18,000 bases of DNA, from NCBI GenBank assembly GCA_046485285.1, contig JAWOHE010000046.1, positions 1 to 18,000 of the forward strand, read 5' to 3'. The stretch comes from a bacterium. Lineage in GTDB: Bacteria; Hydrothermota; Tepidihabitantia; Tepidihabitantales; Tepidihabitantaceae. Below the pieces are notes generated by a model, which was not told the DNA's origin, ran no database searches, and saw only the letters and a list, made by a program, of their open reading frames with translations. A program made the translations under genes and the position numbers. This document shows positions 1 through 6,739 of the stretch, one piece after another (position 1 is the stretch's first letter; every line of letters starts with the position of its first letter).

Positions 1-671
1 AACAGCCCCACCGCCCACCAGTGTGACGGCGTCGTCTTGTCGAAGAAGATGTCGGTGTTGACGTACCGGCCCCGGTCGTAGCCCACGAACCGCCCCCGGC
101 CCGCCCCGAGATGCAGCCGGGCAAACGACGCCAAGGGCACGCTCCCGACCGCGAACGCCGAGAAGTTCTCGAACGTGCGGTCCTTCTTGCCCAGGTTGTC
201 GTGCCGGTACTTCCAGTCCGGCCACGCGTCGTCGAGCCCGTTGCCGATCGGCGAGACGTACCTGTTCAGCCCGATGTCGTGGACCCCGAGCGCGAACGCG
301 GCCCCGTCCGGCTCACCGAACAACTGCCAGGTCGCGCCCAGCACCCAGTCCGTCAGCGTGTACGCCGTCAGCCCGAGCTCCAGCCGGTCCACCGGCGCGT
401 AGCGCAGAGCGCCGCCCAGCTCAAGCCCGGTGTTCCGGCTCGTCGCCGGGTCCATCAGCGGCCCGGTCAGCCCGACCGACGCCGCAATCATCCCGCCCGG
501 CAGCACCCCGGTCGTCGGTACGTTGACCAGGAGCCCGGTCCGGTCGAACTGGGCCCACGCCGGCGTCATCAGCGCGACGAGCGCGAGCGCCAGCACGAGG
601 ACGCGAAGAGAACCGCGTCCCGGTGCCCTGCTGCTGAGTCCGTCTCCGCCTGCCTTCACGTCTGTCTCCAT
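1..671 (-). CDS. YjbH-domain-like secreted/outer-membrane beta-barrel protein, paralogue 1 (3' end outside window)
   Basis: Not in the ORF track because it runs off the left edge. Manual translation from ATG 671, preceded by AGGAGG: METDVKAGGDGLSSRAPGRGSLRVLVLALALVALMTPAWA|QFDRTGLLVNVPTTGVLPGG...LELGLTAYTLTDWVLGA...YVSPIGNGLDDAWPDWKY...ENFSAFAVG...GRGRFVGYDRGRYVNTDIFFD. It is colinear with the 1408-2376 protein. The signal peptide and the 'GLLVNVPTxxVLPxG' start resemble YjbH-domain proteins. Confidence 0.8.
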   Translation of the reverse strand, partial: METDVKAGGDGLSSRAPGRGSLRVLVLALALVALMTPAWAQFDRTGLLVNVPTTGVLPGGMIAASVGLTGPLMDPATSRNTGLELGGALRYAPVDRLELGLTAYTLTDWVLGATWQLFGEPDGAAFALGVHDIGLNRYVSPIGNGLDDAWPDWKYRHDNLGKKDRTFENFSAFAVGSVPLASFARLHLGAGRGRFVGYDRGRYVNTDIFFDKTTPSHWWAVGL

Positions 672-829
672 CTCCGCCTCCTGTGCAATCTGCGGTCTCT
701 GTCCTGTCTTCACTCTCCGAACTGTTCTGTCAACTCCCCTGTCCTCGCACCGGCCCGCTCCCTGCCCCAATCCGCCAACATCTTCTCCCTATCTGCCGCT
801 TTGTCAAGCCCATAGCGACGATAGCCGAC

Positions 830-881
830 GTTCAAAGTTCAAGGTTCCTGGTTCAGAGCTCATCGTTCAGCGCTCATCGTT
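830..881 (+). repeat. Degenerate 7-bp tandem repeat array, left copy of an inverted pair
   Basis: gttcaaa gttcaag gttcctg gttcaga gctcatc gttcagc gctcatc gtt; 830-850 is the exact reverse complement of 1209-1229. Confidence 0.85.
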
Positions 882-1119
882 GCTCCTCCGCCTTTGCCCG
901 TCACCCATGGAAGCCCGTGTCAACCCGCGACGTGCCTCCTGGTCTGCTCAGATCATGCCCCGCCTCGGACCACTGGCAGTCGCCAAGTCGCGCACCGTCT
1001 CTTTCGACGCCGGCCGCTCGGCACCCCTATCCCCACCAGCATCCCCGGAGCGGTCCCCCCTGCCGTCAAAGCTCAGCAGGTGTGTGACTTACGTTTGGGT
1101 GCCCGAAAACAGGGCCTGC

Positions 1120-1162
1120 CCCTTCGAGTACCTCAGGACAAGCTCTGAGCGAAGTCGGAGGG
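1120..1162. repeat. REP-like imperfect palindrome
   Basis: cccttcga-gtac-ctcag-gacaagct-ctgag-cgaag-tcggaggg: outer arms 1120-1127/1155-1162 (one G.T pair) and inner arms 1132-1136/1145-1149. Confidence 0.6.
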
Positions 1163-1281
1163 GTCGAGATGACAGGCGGGGGCGGAGGGAGAGCGCTGAA
1201 CCACGAATCAGGAACCTTGAACTTTGAACTACGGCCCGCACGGGCCGGAGAGGGGTTTCTCCACGTTGGTCGAGATGACAG
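1162..1281 (+). repeat. 14-bp direct repeat GGTCGAGATGACAG (1162-1175 and 1268-1281), REP-like remnants
   Basis: Two exact copies, each followed by a G-rich tail (gcgggggcggag / cggggaggag). Confidence 0.7.
1189..1230 (-). repeat. Degenerate 7-bp tandem repeat array, right (inverted) copy
   Basis: The minus strand reads gttcaaa gttcaag gttcctg attcgtg gttcagc gctctc. Confidence 0.85.
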
Positions 1282-1407
1282 CGGGGAGGAGTTGGATATC
1301 TCCGCCTCGGGCGGGCTCCCGCACAGCATGAGAGGTGGAGTGACAGAGACTCTCTGTATCCGGGCACCCGGCCCGCGCCCGGCGGGGCGCCCTCGGACTT
1401 CCGGGTT

Positions 1408-2376
1408 TCAGCGCGGCAGGAGGTTGTTGAACTGGTACCCGAAGGCGAGCGCGACCCGGCCGAACCGGTCCTTCGTCAGGGTGGGCGTAAATCCCTCGAG
1501 CTTCGTCACCGCGACCGAAATGTTGAACTGCCCGGCATCGACCCGGAGCCCGGCGTTCACGTCCCGACCGTCGGCCTCGACGCCGGCGCGCGCGTACGGC
1601 CCGAGCAGCAGTTCGATGCCACCGAACAGGCTGACCGCCCACCAGTGCGTCTCGTCAAGGAAGATGTCCGTGTTCAGGAACCGGCCCCGGTCGTAGCCGA
1701 CGTACCGGCCCCGGCCAAGCCCGAGGTGCACCCGGGCGAACGTCCCCAGCGGAAGCGTCCCGACCACGAAGGCGGAGAAGTTCTCGGGCTGCCGCACGGT
1801 CGGCCACGGCCGGTACTCGCCGTACTTCCAGTCCGGCCAGGCGTCGTCCGGCCCGTTGCCGATCGGCGAGACATAGGCGTGAATGCCGACGTCGTGGATG
1901 CCGACGGCCAGCGAAGGGCCCGTCGCAATCCCGGCCGCCTCTTCGACGCCCTCAATCGCGAGCGTGTCACGCAGTTGGAGCGTCCCGGTGCGTCGGCGCA
2001 TCCCGCCGAGCACCTGGTAGCTCGCGCCCAGCACCCAGTCCTGCGGGGTGTACGCGGTCAGCGCGAGCTCGAGCCGGCCGAGCGGCGAGAAGCGCACCGC
2101 CCCGCCGCCTTCCCGGTCAGGGTTCCTCGGGGTGGTGAACAGCGGCTGGGTCAGGAGGGCGGTGACCGCAAGCGAGCCCCGGGGCAGGACGTCTGCGGTC
2201 GGGACATTGACGAGCAGCGCGGTGCGGTCGAACTGCGCCGAGGCCGTGGTGAACAGGGCGAGGAAGAGGAAGATGAACACCGGGCCACCAGGATGATTCC
2301 CGGGCCTTCGCGCCCTGGTGCTGAAGCCCTCTCTGCCCGCGCCTCTGCTCCTGCGGTCTGCAATCGCTCCGTCCAT
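1408..2376 (-). CDS. YjbH-domain-like secreted/outer-membrane beta-barrel protein, paralogue 2
   Basis: 322-aa ORF with RBS AGGAGGT upstream of ATG 2376. Hydrophobic signal VFIFLFLALFTTASA|QFDRTALLVNVPTADVLPRG, alternating amphipathic strands and a terminal ALAFGYQF strand. Extensive identity blocks with the 1-671 protein. Confidence 0.8.
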   Translation of the reverse strand: MDGAIADRRSRGAGREGFSTRARRPGNHPGGPVFIFLFLALFTTASAQFDRTALLVNVPTADVLPRGSLAVTALLTQPLFTTPRNPDREGGGAVRFSPLGRLELALTAYTPQDWVLGASYQVLGGMRRRTGTLQLRDTLAIEGVEEAAGIATGPSLAVGIHDVGIHAYVSPIGNGPDDAWPDWKYGEYRPWPTVRQPENFSAFVVGTLPLGTFARVHLGLGRGRYVGYDRGRFLNTDIFLDETHWWAVSLFGGIELLLGPYARAGVEADGRDVNAGLRVDAGQFNISVAVTKLEGFTPTLTKDRFGRVALAFGYQFNNLLPR

Positions 2377-2478
2377 TTCACCTCCTGCAGTCTGCCAATC
2401 GCCCCGCTTCCCGCGAATGCGCCTCGGTCCTCTCTCGGTCCTCTCGCACTGTTTCTTCGCGCCTGCGCTCCCGAGTGG

Positions 2479-2506
2479 AGTGTAGCCACTACCGGCCCGG
2501 CGTCAA
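2479..2506 (-). promoter_or_regulatory. Sigma70-type promoter for the leftward gene(s)
   Basis: Minus strand TTGACG (2506-2501), 16 nt, TACACT (2484-2479); about 100 nt upstream of ATG 2376. Confidence 0.6.
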
Positions 2507-2531
2507 GCGCCGCCGCGCGCCCGGCCGCGGT

Positions 2532-2560
2532 TTGACAGTCTGCCCCGCTTCTCCTACCAT
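2532..2560 (+). promoter_or_regulatory. Sigma70-type promoter of the polysaccharide operon (likely leaderless or very short leader)
   Basis: TTGACA (2532-2537), 17 nt, TACCAT (2555-2560), 9 nt before the galE ATG; no Shine-Dalgarno sequence. Confidence 0.75.
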
Positions 2561-2569
2561 CCCCGGTGA

Positions 2570-3628
2570 ATGGAAAAGGTCCTGGTCACGGGCGGCTGCG
2601 GCTACATCGGCAGTCACACGCTCATCGAACTGCTCGCCGCCGGCTTTGAGCCTGTCTCGATCGACGACAACTCGCGCTCGAGCGCGGCGGTCCTTGATGG
2701 CGTCGAGCGCGTCACCGGCCGGCGCGTCAGGAACCGCCGGGTTGACCTGCGCGACCCGGGTCAGACCGACGCCTGCTTTGCCGAACATCGCGACGCGGTC
2801 GCGGTCATCCACTTCGCCGCCTACAAGAGCGCGCCCGAGTCCGTCGCCCTGCCCCTGCGCTACTACGACAACAACATCACTTCCCTGCTCAACGCGCTCG
2901 CCGGCACGGAACGGTATCGGCTTCCCTGTTTCATCTTCTCCTCTTCCTGCGCGGTCTACGGCCAGCCGGACCGGCTCCCGGTGACCGAGGATGCGCCGCT
3001 CGCCGAACCCGGGAACCCGTACGCCCGGACCAAGCAGGTCGGCGAGCACATCATCCGCGACCTCGCGCCGCGGAGCAGGACCGGTTTCGCGGCGCTGCGC
3101 TACTTCAACGCGGTCGGGGCGCACCCGTCCGGCGAGGTCGGCGAGGTGCCCTGGGGCGAGCCGGACAACATCGTTCCCCGGCTCACCCGGGCCGCCATCG
3201 ACCGACTACCGGAGTTCGTCGTTCACGGCGATGACTACGACACCCGCGACGGCACCTGCGTCCGGGACTACGTCCACGTGTCCGACATCTCCCGCGCCCA
3301 CGTCCTGGCAATCGCATACCTGAGGAATCTGACACACGGCGGGCAGGCAACAGCGAACCCGGGCGTCTTCAATCTCGGTTCCGGGACCGGCACGACGGTG
3401 CTCGAAGCCGTCCGGGCTGTCGAACGGGCGAGCGGACGGAAACTGCGCTGCCGCACCGGCCCGCGCCGGCCGGGTGACATCGCGGCAATCTACGCCAGCA
3501 GCGAGCGGGCGGCCGCTGAGCTTGGCTGGCGGCCGCGGTTCGACATCGACGAGATAGCGCGTACCGCCTGGCAGTGGGAACAGCGCCAGACCGGCGCCGC
3601 CGTCCGCCCGGGTGAAGCCGGTGCTTAG
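2570..3628 (+). CDS. galE: UDP-glucose 4-epimerase
   Basis: VLVTGGCGYIGSHT Rossmann motif, IHFAAYK, FSSSCAVYG, catalytic YARTK, LRYFNAVGAHPSG, DGTCVRDYVHV, RRPGD. Confidence 0.95.
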   Translation: MEKVLVTGGCGYIGSHTLIELLAAGFEPVSIDDNSRSSAAVLDGVERVTGRRVRNRRVDLRDPGQTDACFAEHRDAVAVIHFAAYKSAPESVALPLRYYDNNITSLLNALAGTERYRLPCFIFSSSCAVYGQPDRLPVTEDAPLAEPGNPYARTKQVGEHIIRDLAPRSRTGFAALRYFNAVGAHPSGEVGEVPWGEPDNIVPRLTRAAIDRLPEFVVHGDDYDTRDGTCVRDYVHVSDISRAHVLAIAYLRNLTHGGQATANPGVFNLGSGTGTTVLEAVRAVERASGRKLRCRTGPRRPGDIAAIYASSERAAAELGWRPRFDIDEIARTAWQWEQRQTGAAVRPGEAGA

Positions 3629-4613
3629 CGGAAGACTCGGGCACGCGACGGAGTACTGGAAGACCGAGGGGCCGGGATTCGCCGCGCGGGTTGCGGCATT
3701 CAAGCTCATCGAGCCGCTGTACCCGGTGCTCCCGCCGCTGGCCTGGAAGACCCTGATGATGTGGGCCCGCCTCGGCTACTGGCCGAACATCCGCAATCCG
3801 CGGACATTCAACGAGAAGATGGCCCACCGACAGCTCTTCGCCCCGCATCCGCTGGCCCCGTTGGTTGCCGACAAGTGGCGCGTGCGGCAGTACGTCGCCA
3901 AGCGGGGACTTGCCGACATCCTCAACGAGGTCTACCTCACGACCGACGACCCGGCGAAGATACCATTCGATGACCTGCCGGACCGGTTCGTCATCAAGGC
4001 GAACCACGGCTGTGGGATGAACATCATCGTGCCCGACAAGTCCCGCCTCGACCGGCCCGCCGTCATCAGCCGGTGCCGGGAATGGCTGGCCACGAAGTAC
4101 GGCCGGGCATCCCGCAACAACGAAACGCACTATGACGCCATCCCGCCGTTGCTGGTCGTCGAGAGGTTCATCGAGGACGGCGAGCACGACGTCCCGGTCG
4201 ACTACAAATTCTACTGCTTCCACGGGACCGTGCACATGGTCCAGGTGGACCAGAGCCGGTCCAGCGTCCACCACTCGAACCTCTACGACCGCGCGTGGCG
4301 GGACACCGGCATCCGGGGCCTTGTCCCGCGGTCGACGGTCGCCACCCCGGAACCCCCGCGGCTTGCCGAGATGGTCCGTATCGCCGAGCGGCTCGGGGAC
4401 GGTCTCGACTTCTGCCGCGTCGACCTGTTCGCCCCGGACCCCCGGACGATCCTGTTCGGGGAAATCACCCTGCACCCGGCCGGCGGCCTCGTCGTCTACT
4501 CGCCGAAGAAGGCGGACTTCGAGCTCGGGAAGCTCTGGGTAACCCGTCGGCCCGGCGCCGACAACCTGGCCGCCCCGCCGCCGGGCGGCGGCAGGATGCG
4601 CTCGCTCGCATGA
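3612..4613 (+). CDS. TupA-like ATP-grasp amidoligase
   Basis: PRTFNEK, ADKWRVRQYV, LPDRFVIKANHGCG, DYKFYCFHG, FCRVDLF, FGEITLHPAGG. The GTG start overlaps the galE end; the exact start is uncertain. Confidence 0.9.
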   Translation: MKPVLSGRLGHATEYWKTEGPGFAARVAAFKLIEPLYPVLPPLAWKTLMMWARLGYWPNIRNPRTFNEKMAHRQLFAPHPLAPLVADKWRVRQYVAKRGLADILNEVYLTTDDPAKIPFDDLPDRFVIKANHGCGMNIIVPDKSRLDRPAVISRCREWLATKYGRASRNNETHYDAIPPLLVVERFIEDGEHDVPVDYKFYCFHGTVHMVQVDQSRSSVHHSNLYDRAWRDTGIRGLVPRSTVATPEPPRLAEMVRIAERLGDGLDFCRVDLFAPDPRTILFGEITLHPAGGLVVYSPKKADFELGKLWVTRRPGADNLAAPPPGGGRMRSLA

Positions 4614-5458
4614 AGAACAGCGGCTCTACCGAGTACACGATAGCGCCACCGAAGGGCTTCCTGTCCATCAACCTGCGCGAGCTCTGGCGCTTCCGCGAGC
4701 TCTTCCTCGTCATGGCCTGGCGTGACATCTCGGTCCGGTACAAGCAGACCGTGCTCGGCATTCTCTGGGCCATCCTCCAGCCGGTCGTGACGATGGTCAT
4801 CTTCACCTTCCTCTTCAACCGGGTCGCCCGGATCGACAGCGGCGACGCCACGCCCTACCCGGTGTTCGTCTATGTCGGTCTGCTGCTCTGGCACTACTAC
4901 TCGAACGTCCTGACCCAGGCCAGCAACTCGCTCGTGTCCCACTCCGGCATGATCCAGAAAATCTACTTCCCGAGGCTCATCCTGCCGGCAACCGCGGCGA
5001 CGACCGGGTTCGTTGACCTCGCCATCTCCTCCCTCGTCCTCGCCGCCCTGATGGCGTGGTTCCGCTTCCAGCCATCGCTCCTCGGCCTGCTCGTGCTCCC
5101 CGCCCTGCTGGCCTGCATCGTCCTGTCCGCCCTCGGCGTCGGCTTCTTCTTCGCCGCGATCAACGTCAAGTACCGCGACGTCCGCCACGCCCTGCCGTTC
5201 GTGGTCCAGACGCTGATGTACGTGACGCCGGTCATCTACCCGGTCAAGCTGCTCGACGGCCACCCTGTCATCCGGACGCTGATGCTCTGGCTCAACCCGG
5301 TTTCCGGCGTCATCACCAACGCCCGGGCCGCCCTGCTCGGCCAGGGGCAGTTTAACTGGGGCATCCTCGCGATTTCGTTCCTGACGAGCTGCGTGTACTT
5401 CGTGGTCGGGCTGTATTACTTCCGCAACACCGAGCGTTACTTCGCGGACATCGTCTGA
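4610..5458 (+). CDS. wzm: Polysaccharide ABC transporter permease (ABC-2, Wzm/RfbA type)
   Basis: True start is ATG 4610 (ATGA overlap with the previous stop), not 4295. ELWRFRELFLVMAWRDISVRYKQTVLGILWAILQP, KIYFPRL, YRDVRH, MYVTPVIYP, LNPVSG, ERYFADIV. Confidence 0.93.
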   Translation: MKNSGSTEYTIAPPKGFLSINLRELWRFRELFLVMAWRDISVRYKQTVLGILWAILQPVVTMVIFTFLFNRVARIDSGDATPYPVFVYVGLLLWHYYSNVLTQASNSLVSHSGMIQKIYFPRLILPATAATTGFVDLAISSLVLAALMAWFRFQPSLLGLLVLPALLACIVLSALGVGFFFAAINVKYRDVRHALPFVVQTLMYVTPVIYPVKLLDGHPVIRTLMLWLNPVSGVITNARAALLGQGQFNWGILAISFLTSCVYFVVGLYYFRNTERYFADIV

Positions 5459-5497
5459 GATGAACAACACCCGGCGCGCCCCGCGCTGCTGATTGCC

Positions 5498-6739
5498 ATG
5501 CCCGTGCCAATCATCGAGATTGCCGGGGTCGGCAAGAAGTACCGCATCCGCGGCCAGCGCGTGCGCTACCTCTCCCTCCGCGACGAGATCGCCCGGCGCG
5601 CGGCCTCGGTCTTCCGTCCCCGGTCTTCGGCCCCCGGCCGCAAGGAAGACTTCTGGGCGCTTCGTGACATCTCCTTCTCCGTCAATCAGGGCGAGGCCGT
5701 CGGCATCATCGGCCGCAACGGCGCGGGCAAGAGCACGCTGCTCAAGGTCCTGTCCCAGATAACCCCGCCGACCGAGGGCCGGGTCACGATGCGCGGCCGC
5801 GTCGCCAGCCTCCTTGAGGTCGGCACCGGCTTCCACCCCGAACTGACCGGCCGGGAGAACGTCTTCCTCAACGGCGCGATTCTCGGGATGACCCGGGCCG
5901 AGGTGAAGCGCAAGTTCGACGAGATCGTTGCCTTCTCGGAGGTCGAGAAGTTCCTCGACACGCCGGTCAAGCGTTACTCCAGCGGGATGTACGTCCGGCT
6001 GGCGTTCGCGGTCGCGGCGCACCTCGAGCCCGAGATACTCGTCGTCGACGAGGTCCTCGCGGTCGGCGACGCGGCGTTTCAGAAGAAATGCCTCGGCAAG
6101 ATGGGCGAGGTGACAAGGGGCGGCCGGACGGTGCTGTTCGTCAGCCACAACCTGGGCTCGGTTCAGACGCTGTGCAGTCGCGGCGTGCTGCTGCACAATG
6201 GGGCCATCGCGCTACTCGGCGGAATCGAGCAGACAGTAGCGAGCTATCTTGCGGGCATGGAGGTCAAGTCGTCGCAGGAGTTGGCGGGTCGCACAGATCG
6301 GAAAGGCACGGGTCGAGCCAGGCTGGTGGGCCTGGACATCGAGGCAGGTATCTCAAACCCAGCTGCGTTGTCAACCGGCGGCGCCGCCAGGTTAGCATTT
6401 CGAGTGAGTAACGTGCTGCCGGGCATGTCGCTGTACTTCACGATCTACAATCTCCGCGGGCACCAGGTAGCCAACTTCCGCAGTGCAAGTCCCGGTCCGG
6501 ATGATGTGCTAGACCCAAAACTGGGCACCGCAATCGTCTGCGATATCGATGAACTGACTCTCGTGCCCGGACGGTACCGGATCAACGCGGCGCTGCTTGC
6601 CGGAGGCGAGACGCTGGATCATGTTGAGGCGGCCGCCGTGTTCGACGTTGCGGCAGGCGTCCTCCGGGGGCGTGCCGTCAACGGACCCCTCGGGCATGGC
6701 GACGTCTGTCTCCCTCATCGTTGGAGCCTGCCGTGCTGA
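5498..6739 (+). CDS. wzt: Polysaccharide ABC transporter ATP-binding protein with C-terminal Wzt_C (carbohydrate-binding) domain
   Basis: FWALRDISF, Walker A GRNGAGKST, LEVGTGFHPELTGREN, signature YSSGMYVRLAF, Walker B ILVVDEVLAVGD, FVSH; ~150-aa beta-rich C-terminal extension (LVPGRYRI). Confidence 0.95.
   Translation: MPVPIIEIAGVGKKYRIRGQRVRYLSLRDEIARRAASVFRPRSSAPGRKEDFWALRDISFSVNQGEAVGIIGRNGAGKSTLLKVLSQITPPTEGRVTMRGRVASLLEVGTGFHPELTGRENVFLNGAILGMTRAEVKRKFDEIVAFSEVEKFLDTPVKRYSSGMYVRLAFAVAAHLEPEILVVDEVLAVGDAAFQKKCLGKMGEVTRGGRTVLFVSHNLGSVQTLCSRGVLLHNGAIALLGGIEQTVASYLAGMEVKSSQELAGRTDRKGTGRARLVGLDIEAGISNPAALSTGGAARLAFRVSNVLPGMSLYFTIYNLRGHQVANFRSASPGPDDVLDPKLGTAIVCDIDELTLVPGRYRINAALLAGGETLDHVEAAAVFDVAAGVLRGRAVNGPLGHGDVCLPHRWSLPC

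Noticed and set aside
779-807. Perfect TTGACA on the minus strand (807-802) upstream of paralogue 1
   Set aside because: No convincing -10 box at 16-18 nt; a promoter is possible but unsupported.
830-1290. CRISPR array or DGR/ncRNA interpretation of the repeats
   Set aside because: No regularly spaced direct repeats with unique spacers, no cas or reverse transcriptase gene, and no recognisable RNA family.
111-1696. Plus-strand ORFs 111-815, 430-1227 and 1169-1696, and small ORFs in the spacer
   Set aside because: They are antisense shadows of the minus-strand paralogues or translations of repeats (SKFKVPGS), with no recognisable motifs.
4295-4609. N-terminal extensions in the ORF track for wzm (4295), acetyltransferase (14685) and GT4 (15277)
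   Set aside because: They overlap upstream genes; ATGA coupling or an RBS supports starts at 4610, 14784 and 15379.
3369-6196. Long minus-strand ORFs (3369-4475, 4496-6196), and similarly 12144-13040 and 15301-16497
   Set aside because: Typical stop-poor antisense frames in high-GC coding DNA opposite well-supported genes.
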